Assembly: GCF_018977255.1 (NCBI RefSeq)
Contig: NW_024704743.1
Span: 20,710,001-20,774,000, forward strand
DNA length: 64,000 nucleotides
Source: Callorhinchus milii
Taxonomy: Eukaryota
Reading direction: 5' to 3'
Both the position numbers and the translations under genes were made by a program. Positions 12,579 through 24,612 of this stretch are shown here, in pieces (within the stretch, counting starts at the first letter, position 1; every line of letters begins with the position of its first letter). The notes beneath the pieces were generated by a model. The model worked only from the letters and a program-made list of their open reading frames with translations. It was not told where the DNA came from and searched no databases.

Positions 12579-13296
12579 GTAATTCTGGATCATTAATAAT
12601 ACTCGTTGCATTTTATATAGCACCTTATCAAGTCATCCAAACTTATTAAAGCCCTCCAGTAATTACTGTAAAATGTAGTTACTGTAGTTGAGGGCAAATA
12701 TTTTTAATTTTAATTTGCAGAGCTTGTCTATGAAGCCTTACATCCCTTAGCTTTATGCAGAATAGACTGAAATAGACATTCTAGGGTGTCATCAGCCAAG
12801 AGGATTTCCTTGCCTCTGTCCTTGGCAGAATTTCCCAACTGTAACTGAATAGTTGAGATGAGTTTCAGGGTTGATCTCCGTTATGAACATAGAAAACTGT
12901 GGAGTAATCATTTGTCCCATCAAATCCAGAAACAATCTCTAATTATTAATTTCATTGACTCATTCTACTCATCCAATCTCTTGAGAAAGCAGTTGTATAA
13001 CTAACCCTAATCCCCAAAAGTAATCAAGAAAAATCCAGAATATTTATCCATTTTTGTGTTGTCTCAATTTGTTCCCATTTGGCTATTCTTGACAGAAAAC
13101 CCTACATATTTCAATGTGTCCTTGAAGTACAGTATTTAATTTTCTCAGCGTAGGCTAAGTGTAATCAATCTCATGCCTAGACAGATATCCTTCTTTTTGA
13201 AAAGACACACAAACATGAATCAAAATTATTGAAAGATGACAACTTTCAGAATAATTAATAAGAAATATTTTATTGTCTGTTTCGTTTTGCTTGCAG

Positions 13297-13472
13297 AGGA
13301 TGTGATTGTCCATGAACTTGCTACTCTCTGCCTAGCTTCCATTTCTGTTGACTACACCAGCAAAGTGGAAATTTTTGAGCATGGTGGACTCGAACCACTC
13401 ATCCGCCTTCTGTCAAGCTCTGATCCTGATGTCTTAAAGAATTCTGTTGAATCTATTTCAAATTTAGTTAAG
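13297..13472 (+). CDS. ARMC3: ARMC3 exon, EDVIVHELATLCLAS...GGLEPLIRLLSSSDPDVLKNSVESISNLVK
   Basis: ttgcag| ... |gtggta; 176 nt; armadillo repeat. Confidence 0.95.
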
Positions 13473-15197
13473 GTGGTATTTCCTTTTCTCTGTTTATAAT
13501 CGAGATCTGTAGTGACAAGTCTCTGATTTTTGATAAGTTTGTTAGCCTTCATAAGTGAAGGATCTGATTTTAGAGTGGTGCTATGAGCTTATAGTATATC
13601 TCTATGATAAACAAACTCTAAGGTTAGTAAACTTACCAAACAAACAACAGAGAATAATATGCCCAAATTTAGTAAAATACCTTCAGCTAGAGAATCACTC
13701 TTATTTTCCAACAATAATAAAAAAAAGTTACATTTCATGGTTTATAAGGGATAAGAGAACCTTAAAAAAAAGTTTCAAGTTGCTGATTGCAAAATAAGAG
13801 GTGATCAACTAAACTAAATTTTGACCAAACCATTTGTCATGAGATTACAAAGAGGGCTAATAATAATAATATTGCGTGGAGTTTGGAATGATTACAGTAG
13901 GGTAAATATTAATAGATCATTTCCATTGATAATGAGAGGGCACACATTTAAGAAAATCAATTAAAAATTAAGGCAATTTGGGAAATAAAATCTGAACATA
14001 GAGATAGGTGGTTGGATTGTGTTGATGAGATAGAGTGCATTTATTAACTAGGAAATTAAATAGATATTTGAAAAAGCAGCATTTAAAAACAAGCAGGTTC
14101 AAATTGTATTGTTGTACATTACTTAATGAAGCTTAATGCAGAATGAACATAAAATTGTGCACTACACAATAATGAAGTATAATCATCAGTATATTTCTCA
14201 TACTTCCAACCAATTCCGTAAATATAACCTTTACATTTGCTGGGGGTGGGGGGAGATGGCAATGGTTGTAAAAGAGTTCATCAGGTAAATAGCAGTATAA
14301 AGGTCAGCAGGACGTATGTGGGGTTCTGGAAGATGTTCTTTGTCGCAAGGTTTGAAGTACTATTGTTCTTCTGAAGAATGCATTTTCAACCCAATGTGCA
14401 AGGACCTTGTACTCAGAAATACCACAGTGGATCTAGGATTCTAAGTCAATACTGGAAAGAGAATATTTGTAATATTTAGTACACCCACCCCTTCATCACC
14501 AGGATGCAACATTTTCAATGGAGAGCAATCTTCCTTTACTGCTATCACCAATGTTTGTGGGACACTGCTGTTCGCAATTGGCTGCCGTGTTTCGCCCACA
14601 AATATACAGTCAATTCACTTTACAGTATATTCTGAGAAGCGCTTTGGGACGTCTAGAAGATGTGATAATGCGCAACAATTATTATCACCACTGATCCAGG
14701 ATGTCCACACAAATTCACTTTGTACCATCCACTCCCTCCCTGGCTCAGGGATGCCAAGACCAATTGTAGCATCTTAACTGCTCCCTAGTTGACTGAACAC
14801 AGTCAAGACAATCAACTTTGTGGCCATCTGGTTTGTAGGTTTACTGCTAGAAAAGCTACTCTGCATGAAGGGCGCTATATAAATACAAATTGTTGTGGTT
14901 GTTGTTGCTAACATTGGGCAGTAAAGTTATCCATTAAGATTTGAGAAGCCTTGAAAAATACTTCTTGTAATTGACTTTAAAATAACTTTAATAGTAATGC
15001 ATATGTATGTTATATATATACACACACATACAGTATATGGTGTATAATTACTTAACTTAGGTTTACTGTCTGTATCTGGAATTCAGTACCTTTTTTAAAA
15101 AAAAATGTTTCAGTGTTGAGTTTTTTTAAAAAGAAGTACACTCAACACTGAAACAAATCACAGAGATTGTTTTGACTATTTTCCCTGTGTTTTCTAG

Positions 15198-15392
15198 GAC
15201 TTTCAGAATCGAGCTGCTATTTGCGAATTGAATGGCGTTCCTCCAATTCTGGAATTACTGAAATCTGAATATCCTGTTATACAGCAGTTAGCCCTGCAAA
15301 CCCTAACACCCATTGTCATTGATCCAGATTGCAGAATTCAGTTGCGTCAGAATAAAGGTCTTGAAAGCATCTTGCAAGTTCTTGAAACACCG
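15198..15392 (+). CDS. ARMC3: ARMC3 exon, DFQNRAAICELNGVPPILELLKSEYPVIQQLAL...
   Basis: ttctag| ... |gtaata; 195 nt. Confidence 0.95.
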
Positions 15393-15998
15393 GTAATAAA
15401 TAAATGCAGGCAATTACTGTAAATGATATGTTTATGCAACAATAAATGACTTGATTTTTGTGAGAATGAAGATTGCACTGGAAAACAACAGAACTCAGTT
15501 CTCTTTAACAAAATCAATCTTTTGAACATATGGGATCTGTTGTATTTTTCAAGGCCAGATTTTAGAGCAATCATGTTGAGATCATTCAATTATTTTAATA
15601 AGATTTTATCCTTAGAACCCTCAATCTCATTCGTTACTAGATGTTTATTTAGATCTTTCTTAAAGGTACAAATCAGTAAAGAGTAGACTGAGTTAGCTGA
15701 GAATCTATTCCACATGTGCATTACGGTGTGGAAAAGTAATCCTTTCAATTTCAAACATGACCTCACCAATGATCTGCAAAAGGTTAAATAATGTTTAAAC
15801 TTGCAGTCAAATACGATTGATACGTACACTTCAATATGTGATTATAACTGCTTTCTATTGATTAGTAGAACTGGCATGAACACCAATCACTTTCTTTTTC
15901 TAATGGACATTCATTCACCCTGTGCAATTTTTATGTATCCTGTTTCAGTGAGCATAACCTTACATTTATTCACATTAAAATACATCTACTCGCTACGT

Positions 15999-16322
15999 GG
16001 AGTCCTGTAGCTCAGTGGTTAGAGCACTCGCTTTGCAAGTGAGAGACCTGAGTTCAATTCCAGGCAGGGCGAAACCTTGGGCAAGTTTCCTTACTCCACA
16101 CGCCTAATAATAATCCCTCCNAAAAAAAAAACAATAATTAAATTGGTCATTTTCAATCTACGACTGTTTGTGGGACATTGCTGTGCGCAATTGGCTGCCG
16201 CGTTCGCCCACAAATATACAGTCAATTCACTTTACAGTGTGTTCTGTGAAGCGCTTTGGGACGTCCTCCCGACGTGAAAAGCGCTATATCAAATGCAAGG
16301 ATTATTATTATTATTATTATTA
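15999..16322 (+). mobile_element. Full-length young tRNA(Ala)-derived SINE (mirror copy 6875-7198, -)
   Basis: A box TAGCTCAGTGG, TTTGCAA anticodon-like loop, B box GAGTTCAATTCC, L2-like 3' tail, (TTA)n end. Confidence 0.93.
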
Positions 16323-16763
16323 CTCTTCCTTAGAGGACAACATTCATCCAGATATTTTGAACACTACCAATCTCTTTTATTCGCACCTCCTGATCTCACT
16401 AATGTTTAAGTGAAATCTAAATTCTAATTGACTTAAATTTATTTTAATCAACCTGCTGCAATCTGTTATCTTAAATTCTATGCAGAAAATGCGGGTTAAA
16501 CAGTAAATATTCCAAAAATAAGATTACTGACAAAACTACTGTAAAAATACTATTGGGATTGTGGATTAATACTTGAAAATATTTATGGTTCCCCCATATC
16601 ATTTGTATGATGATGCTGTTTGGTGATATACACTATTTAGGTTTTTGTTTTGAAACACACTTAGAACAGATTTGTAATTTTTTTTCTGAGTACTTAGTAC
16701 TCATTTAATGTCTGTCTCTTATGTCTAAAGCGATTCTTCCTCAGATTATTATTCTCTCCTCAG

Positions 16764-16947
16764 GATTTTACTGACCTTCATGTAGAAGCACTGACTGTAC
16801 TAGCAAACTGTCTGGAAGATGTAGAAACTATGCAGGTTATCCGCGAAACAGGAGGCCTAGAAAAGTTTCTGACATTCGTAACTACATCCACTCTGCCAGA
16901 GGCACAGAAGCGGGCGGCCAAAGCCATTACAGCATCTGCACGTAACT
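16764..16947 (+). CDS. ARMC3: ARMC3 exon, DFTDLHVEALTVLANCLEDVETMQVIRETGGLEK...
   Basis: cctcag| ... |gtaggt; 184 nt. Confidence 0.95.
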
Positions 16948-17049
16948 GTAGGTCAAATTTTTATTTCTTGTTACTTTTAAGATGCATTGCTTTGAAAATT
17001 GGAACAATTAACACTTTCTACAGCTTGTCATTTTCTAATAATAATAGCA

Positions 17050-17850
17050 TTTAATATTGCACCTATAACATCAAAATGACACAAAATATTTTACAGCTAT
17101 ACCAAATATAGGAGCTGTTTTTCTAGACAAATGCAGCAGCAACAGGTTGTGACAGCAAATTCACTCTCTGCGTCCTGGCCAGTAATACTCTTGAGTAAGT
17201 TGTTTACTCACCTCATTTGCACACACCAATATCCCACAAACAGCCATGAAGTGAGTAACCACTTGTAGTTTGTTGTTGGTGTTGTTGTGTTTGGGGAATT
17301 GTTGTCCAGGAGACTGGAAGAAACTCTTTTCTAGTGCTATGGGATCTTTAATGTCCACCTTAACAGGCAGACAATACCTCGATTTAACATCTCATTCAAA
17401 ATACAGCACCTCCAACAATGTAACTCAATCCTCAACATTGCATTGGAGCATCCATCTGGACTTGATAATCAATAGTAAGATAATAATATCCTTACATTTG
17501 ATATGGCAAAATGCCAAAATGACTCAATGTAATGCATAATTAATTGCTGCTAAGGGCAGTGATTGTGTATTTGTAGGCAAATATGGCAGTCACTTGCCTA
17601 CAGAAAGGTCCCACAAATAGTTGTGAGCTGAATGACCAATTTATCTCGAGGATTGTTGGTGAAGACACCAGCAGAAATTCCCTTAGTTTTTGACTACCCA
17701 TGGGATCTTTAACATCCATCTAAAGAGACACAGGGGCTCAGTTTAAAGTCCCACCAAGAGATGACATTACAGACAATTAAGCATTTCCCCAATATTACAC
17801 TGGGACATTAAACTGTCAGCTCAATGTGAGCTTTGAACCCACACGTCTAT
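17050..17850 (-). mobile_element. Two tandem degenerate DeuSINE-like elements (mirror ~5350-6150, +)
   Basis: Deu-domain signature GATGTTAAAGATCCCATGG / GACATTAAAGATCCCATAGCAC. Confidence 0.7.
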
Positions 17851-18151
17851 ACTTGCATTGGCTCTTTGACTGGAGCTCGCTAATCTAATTTCAATTCCTT
17901 GCTTTTCCCCCCAAATATTGATTCTCCTCAAAACCTGGTCTGATTCTCTATTATAGTTATATTCTTAGGTTCAATAATTACTTGTAGCAAATAATTAGGT
18001 TAGAAGATCAGCCATGATGTTATTAAATGGCGGGGCAGGCTTGAGGGGCCAAATGGCCTATTCCTGCTCCTATTGCTTATGTTCTTATAATAATTCATAA
18101 TAGTGTTTGTTTTAAAAAATAATCAACTCTATTTCTTTTTAATACAATAAG

Positions 18152-18304
18152 GTGAGAACAGAAAATTTTTCCATGAGCAAGGTGTAGAAAAAGCACTGGT
18201 AAATCTTTTGGGAGTCAACAATGATGGAATCAAAATAGCTGCTTGCCAAGCTGTGTCTGTTATGTGTGAACTTAGTAGTAGCAAAGAGGCTTTCAAAAAA
18301 GAAC
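18152..18304 (+). CDS. ARMC3: ARMC3 exon, ENRKFFHEQGVEKALVNLLGVNNDGIKIAACQAVS...
   Basis: ataag| ... |gtaagt; 153 nt; phase-compatible. Confidence 0.93.
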
Positions 18305-18425
18305 GTAAGTATGAATAAATTGTAAAACCTTTCAAACGTTAAATTGTGTTTGTAGAAACAGTCATTTCGCTAATAGAAGATTGTATGTATGTAGAGCTGA
18401 AAACATATCTTTAAACTATTTGCAG

Positions 18426-18534
18426 TTGGCATTCCTCAACTGGTTCGGTTGCTGGTCAGTGACAATGAGGACGTTAAAGAAGCTGCAGCTCTAGCTCTAG
18501 CAAATCTAACAACCGCTAATCCCACCAATGCTAC
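18426..18534 (+). CDS. ARMC3: ARMC3 exon, GIPQLVRLLVSDNEDVKEAAALALANLTTANPTNA
   Basis: ttgcag| ... |gtaagt; 109 nt. Confidence 0.93.
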
Positions 18535-19199
18535 GTAAGTGCTTTTTGTTTAATAAACTACTTGTCAGGTTTCCTTTGAATTAGTTTGCCTTGTCATGTG
18601 TTCTTGCAGCTGAAGCCTTTAGCCTGCAATTTCCCATGGTCTAAGATTATTGTCTTAAAGTGTGAGATTCTGGAATTCTGGAAAATTCTTCAATGGCCTA
18701 GGCGTGTATCTCTTTTACTTGCTCACCCTGAGCAAGAACAGCTGAAGGGTAGCAGCTGAAGTGTCATCTGGGATTCAGCTACTGTGCCAGGATTGGATTC
18801 TGTACTGTCATGTGTTTAGTACTGAACCCATCTGTTTCTCATAAAAACCTGGTCCTTCAGATTAACTGCCTTTTACATTTGAGTCCCATCACTTCTTTAC
18901 TTCAAAAGATTCTAGTTCCACTATGATTAAATTTAAACATTTTGCCAAAATTCTTTACGGCCATGATCTTCGTCCAAAACAGTTCTGCGGCCTGTATCAA
19001 ACTCCTGGGCATGCAGTGGTGGATTTCCATTTTTATGCCCATCCCTCGCTCAGCTGGCAAAGGCATGTTCCCCAACCCCTTAACGCTACCATTGCTGGCC
19101 ATGGTTGGCTGACACTGACCTAGGAGTCAGCACATGGGTTGTGAAGTCTGCTTCATGGGACTATGTCTCTGTGCCAAAGCCCTTCACATTTTTGGGATG

Positions 19200-19560
19200 G
19201 TAATCGGAGAGCGGAGAGCTCGGAGAGCGGTATTTGCGGAAACGGATGATGCGTCGGAGGTGGAAGAAAGCAGTGCTGGTGAGGGACCGGATGTGGGGGA
19301 GGAAGGATAATTGGGGGTCGAACCTGACGCCAAGGTTGCATACGGGTTTGGAAAGTTTTAGGGGGAGATCGGGTAGGTGGAGGAGGTGAGAGCTGTGGGA
19401 TTTGAGACGTTGACGAGAGCCAAAGAGTATGGCTTCCGTCTTGTCGGCGTTCAGTTGAAGGAAATTTGCGCTCATCCAGCCCCTGAAATCTGACAGGCAG
19501 GCTGACAGAACATCAGGGGACTGGGGGTTGCAAAGAGAGGTGGAAAAAATAGAGTTGGGT
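19200..19560 (-). mobile_element. L2-clade LINE ORF2 fragment (mirror ~3640-4000, +)
   Basis: WMSANFLQLNADKTEAILFG...NLGVRFDPQLSF RT-thumb region. Confidence 0.9.
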
Positions 19561-20038
19561 TATAATAAGAAGGTTATTGAAATAATCAAGCCTAGAAGTG
19601 ATGAGAAACATGTCAGGAAAAATGTAATGAAGCTGGATTGAAAAAAGCTATTAAGCCTATTCCTTCAAATGTGTAAAACCTACCCTGAATGTGGACTTCA
19701 CCATATGGAAATTCACTCTCTGTTTCCTTCCATAAAATGTAGTAAAAAATAGGAATGATTCACAATCAGTTTAAAAACAGAGTAGACACATTGACAGGAA
19801 CCGTAGGAAACAGATGTTTGACTGAACAAGTGGCAGACTATAATAATGGTAGATTGTAAGAATGGCAAACTGGAGCTGAACAAATACGTCCTTTAAATGT
19901 AATTATTTTCAAACCAGTTGTTACTAAAAAATTAGCTACATGGGACACATCTAATATTCATCCTTTAATTTGCCTTATCAAATTATCAATGCAGTTTAGA
20001 GGAAACAATTTATTCTTAATATTTCTTGTTTGAACTAG

Positions 20039-20288
20039 TGCAGTTTTTGAAGCTGACGGTGTGGAGCCATTGGTCAAACTTCTGACTGAATCAGGAGATG
20101 GAGCTGTTGCCAATGCTGCTACCGTTCTCACTAATATGGCCCTTCAAGAATCTTCACGCAGTAGTATCCAATATTATGGAGCTATGACTGCCATTGTGGA
20201 ACCATTGAAGTCCACCAACACAGTGGTGCAGAGTAAGGCTGCACAAGTCGTGGCTGCATTAGCTTGTGATGCAGATGCAAGAACTCAG
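20039..20288 (+). CDS. ARMC3: ARMC3 exon, AVFEADGVEPLVKLL...GAVANAATVLTNMA...ACDADARTQ
   Basis: aactag| ... |gtggga; 250 nt. Confidence 0.95.
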
Positions 20289-20636
20289 GTGGGAATTCGT
20301 TCAAAACTAGTGATTAGGATCCTGTTCTGTGGAAATTGAAGAACTTTGGTGGCTTTAATATTGTGTTGGGTGACATATTTAAATTGATGATTTACTGGGG
20401 GCTGAGGAGATGGTTTAGGAAGTGATATTGATGATCAAGGATACTTAAGCTAGCGGCAAATGAAATTAGTGTACCACAAACATGTACAGAAGAGCAAAAA
20501 CTGGGGTGCTCCCTATTTGAAAAGCAATTAACACTAGAGAAGCATTGCATAGTCCAAGTAGTGTCATGGAATCTTTAACATCCACTTTATTAGGTTGAAA
20601 GCACCCAAGTTTAATGTCTCATCTGCCAATGCATTG

Positions 20637-20980
20637 CTCCCTGGCACTTCCCTACCTCTCCGACCTCCTCGCTCCCCAATCCACCACCAGGCGCCTCCGC
20701 TCAACTGGAACCAGCCTCCTGCTCGTCCCTCGCACCCTCTGCCCCACCATCGAAGATCGTGCTTTCAGCCACTATGCCCCAAAATTCTGGAACACTCTCG
20801 CTCAATCCGTCCGCCTTGCCCCCTCTCTCCCCTCTTTTGAGTCCCGCCTGAAAACTTTCCTCTTTGACCATGCTTATGGCCACGTCCCCTCTCCCCCTGG
20901 CTTGGAATCAGGCACTGCCACTGTTAAGCGATCTGAGATGCTACCCTGCCTGGAGAGCACTATATAAGTTGTATTGTTGT
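20637..20980 (+). mobile_element. L2 LINE 3' end (mirror 2217-2560, -) inserted in a DeuSINE-like element
   Basis: YLSDLL...RAFSHYAPKFWN...FESRLKTFLF; (TTG)n tail. Confidence 0.88.
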
Positions 20981-21279
20981 TCCTCCGACACTGAATTGGC
21001 TGACACTGGCTATGCGAGTTCGAATCTTAATATGGGGGTTGAACCCACAACGTTCTGACTCCGAGCCGAAAGTGTTACCAACTCAGCAAGGTTGATATCT
21101 TAATGGAAAAACATAACACGCAATGATGAGTCTTATGGGAATAATTGGTCACTGTGATTGTGCAGAATTTTGGAAAATTCTTAAATTCAGTCCTTCAACG
21201 GGTTTTCTAATTAAGACTAAATTTAAGAGTTTTCCAAAATTTGGTATCATCTTAAATGTTAAGACAGTGGTCTTGAGGC

Positions 21280-21990
21280 TAACAACAACAACAAAATTAC
21301 ATTTGTAAAGTGCCTTTCAAGTCGGGAGGACGTCCCAAGGTGCTGGACAGACAAAGTTACGGATCCGAGCTGGAGGTCGGGGTGGGGGAGGGTGGAGGGC
21401 AGGGGGGGAAGCAGGGAGATCAAAAGCACGGTCGAAGAGGAAGGTCTTGAGATGGGTCTTGAAGGTGGCAAAGGAGGGGTGAGTTGGAGAAGCTGCGAGA
21501 TGGAGCTCCAGAGGGTGGGGGGCAGAGTGGGGCAAGCGAGGCAGGGGATGTGAAGCAGGCCGGAGCCCACTGAGCGGAGGGAGTGAACAGGATAGTAGGG
21601 AGTTAGGAGGTTGCAGAGGTAGGGGGGAGCAAGACCGTGGAGGGCTTTGAAGGTGAGGACCAGGATCTTGTACTGGATTCTCTGTGTGATAGGAAGCCAG
21701 TAGAGTTGGGCAAGGATGGGGGTGATAGGGTCATGGAGCCTAGTGCGGGAGAGGACACGGGCTGCCGAGTTCTGGATGATCTGCAGCTTGTGCAGGAAGG
21801 AATTGGGGAGGCCGACGAGCAATGAGTTTGCATAGTCGAGGCTTGATGTAATGAAAGCATATTTGAGGGTTTCAGTGGCCTGCGGTATGAAATGGTGGCG
21901 GAGCTGGGCGATGTTGCGGAAGTGGGGGAAGGCAGAGCGGGTCATGGCGCAGATATGGGGTAGAAAGGGGATTTGGGGCTTGAGGTGCAC
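21280..21990 (-). mobile_element. L2 LINE 3' fragment (part mirrored at 1547-1916)
   Basis: AFITSSLDYANSLL...LQIIQNSAARVL...WLPITQRIQYK; (TTG)n tail. Confidence 0.92.
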
Positions 21991-22063
21991 TCTTGTTCTG
22001 TAATCCTAGTGGCAATTAGATATACGAAACTGAGGACATCTCTAACTGAGTTTTTTTTCACAG

Positions 22064-22200
22064 TTGCGAACTTCTGGTGGATTGGAGCCACTTGTAAAAT
22101 TGCTACATTCTAATCATGATGAAGTGAGGCGCAATGCTTGCTGGGCTGTGCTTGTCTGTGGAAAGGATGAGCCCACAGCAATTGAGCTTTGCAAATTGGG
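22064..22200 (+). CDS. ARMC3: ARMC3 exon, LRTSGGLEPLVKLLHSNHDEVRRNACWAVLVC...ELCKLG
   Basis: tcacag| ... |gtacgt; 137 nt. Confidence 0.95.
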
Positions 22201-23179
22201 GTACGTATAGGGAACATTAACGCATCATTGCTTTTCAGCTCCTTTCATGTATTGAAGTAAATTGTCCTAACAATCCTATTAACATGGATAGGAACATTGT
22301 TTAAAAATGTTTTAGATTACAATACAAAGTACTTTCCAAGCAGTCTGTATCACTTTTTCAACTTCTTAATTGCAGATGGCTATTTAGACAGAAAACTAGT
22401 ATATAGAAGTTTACTTTCTTTCAGGTGACTTTTTATTGTGTAGGTGATTTTTACCTAACGCATGTAGGAATTTAATTTTAATATGAATGCTAAACATTAA
22501 TAATAATGACTTTAGACAGATAGAATACTTTTTTCTTATGTTTATACAAAGCCAGTTTTCTGTTACTGAAAAGTGACTCATTTGTATTAGATTGATTGCA
22601 ATGTGTTTCAATTGGGAAAAGTAACATGATCATCTGGACAGAAAACCATTGTTTCCAAGTACCACTAACACAACGTGGATTGTAATGTCACAGAAAAGGA
22701 ATTACATTGTTGACTGCTGGACTCACCAAGCAGTCAACTACTCAAACTGTAGAGTTTGCAGTAGTGTGCAGCTCGTTTCCTTTCCTGTACCAGGCTCCAT
22801 GAGCCCATCCCACTACCGCAATCCTCACTTGGCTCCTTTGGCTCTCCATCCCTCAGCAGATTGAGTTCAAGATCCTTGTACTCACCTTTAATCCCTCCAA
22901 GGTCCCTACTACCTCTTCAAACCCTACTCACCCAGCCACTCCCTTTGCTCAGCGAGCACAGGCCTGCTTCATGTACCCCATACCTTTGACAAGCAGGCAT
23001 TCAACCATTCTGTGCCCAGTCCCTGGAACTCCATCCCCAAGTCCTTCCAAATCTCTCCTTCCTCCCCCATCTCATTCAAGGTCCGTTTCCAGATCTATTG
23101 ATTTGACCGCGGTTTTAGTCATTTTTCCCCCCTCTCACCTCTCTTGGATCGCATCCTCAGCTCCAGTGCCCAACCAGTA

Positions 23180-24612
23180 CTGTAAAGCAAAATACTGCAG
23201 ATGCTGGAAGTCTGAGACAAAAACAGAAGTCATTGGGAACACTCAGCAGGTCAGGCAGCATCTATGGAGAAAGGAAAGTGAGTCAACGTTTTGGGTCCAT
23301 GACCCTTCGTCAGAACTGGGGCATGGTGGGAGGGAGAGGATTTTAAGGACTAACTGAGATGGGGGAGGCAGTGCAAGGAAGACAAAGGCTTCCAGTTTCT
23401 TGCCACTTCAACTTGCCCTCCCACTCTGACATCTCCATCCATGGTCTTCTACCCTGTTCCAATAAGCCACAGTTCAAGTTCGAGGAACAGCACCTCATTT
23501 AAAACAACAACAACTTAGATTTATATAGCGCTCTCCACGCCGGATGTCGTCTCAGAGCTCTTCACAGTAATGGATCCCGGGGCCGAGCCAGGGGGAGGGG
23601 GAGGAAAGTGACCAAAGGCGCGGTCGAAAAGAAAGGTCTTCAGCAGAGACCTGAAAGTAGGAAGAGAAGGGAGTGAGGAAGGGAGTTCCAGAGCCTTGGG
23701 GCATAGTGGCTGAAGGCATGGGCACCGAGGGTGGAGCGGAGGACTCAGGGGACCAGGAGGAGGTCAGACCCGGAGGAACGAAGGCAACAGGCACTGTTTT
23801 GAGGAGAGAGGAGGTCAGAGAGGTAGGGGCTGCAGAGGAGTAGAGGAATTTGAAGACATTTGAAATCAATCCTCTCTGGGACAAGGAGCCAGTGCAATCT
23901 GGCGAGGACTGGGGAATCGGGGAGTGGAGTTAGGTGCGGGTGAGAATGCGGGTGGCAGAGTTTTGAAAAATCTGGATTTTATGGATGGTAGTGGAGGGGA
24001 GGCCAGCAAGGAGGGCGTTTGAATAGTCCAGCCGAGAGGTGACAAAGGCATGGACCAGGGTTTCAGCGGCTTTCAGAGAGAGGTATTGGTGGAGACGGGC
24101 AATGCTTCAGACGTGGAAGAAGGCGGTGCTGGTGAGGGACCGGATGTGGGGGAGGAAGGATAATTGGGGGTCGAACCTGATGCCAAGGTTGCGTAAGGGT
24201 TCGGAGAGTTTTAGGGGGAGGTCGGGTAGGTTATCTGCTGGGGACCTTACAACCCTCTGGCCTCAATATTGATTTCAACAATTTCAGACCATAATAGCTC
24301 ACCTACCCCTTCCCCCTCTTCTGTGACCATTGCCACATCATCTGGGTCCCAGACACACCTTTTCTCTCTCTGGTCTGCCTGTTTTGTTGCAATTCCACCT
24401 TTTTGTTTTGCATCATTAACACCTCTTTGACCCATCATCCCTTGTCCTCTAATCCATTTTCTCCCTTGCCTTCCCTCCCCCCTGTTAGCCCTTAAAAGCC
24501 TCTCCCTTCCAACATGCCCCAGTTCTGACGAAGGGTCGTGGAAACCTTGACTCACTTTCCTTTCTCCATAGATGCTGCCTGACCTGCTGAGTGACTTCTG
24601 TTTTTGTTTCAG
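23180..24612 (+). mobile_element. Penelope-like non-autonomous relic with inverted termini, interrupted by an L2 (-, ~23500-24232)
   Basis: GIY-YIG C-terminal remnant CHFNLPSH...EEQHLI/LGTLQPSGLNIDFNNF; ~23220-23360 is the rc of ~24470-24612. Confidence 0.8.

Larger units (their letters stand above)
12457..21652. repeat. Right arm of giant inverted duplication
   Basis: Starts agacatttttccaattag (rc of 10721-10738) and ends ...gggctttgaag (rc of 1547-1557). Confidence 0.98.

Noticed and set aside
15999..16075. tRNA-Ala(TGC) gene (also 49532, 47939, 7125-7198)
   Set aside because: No proper acceptor stem; continues into a repeated SINE body and tail.
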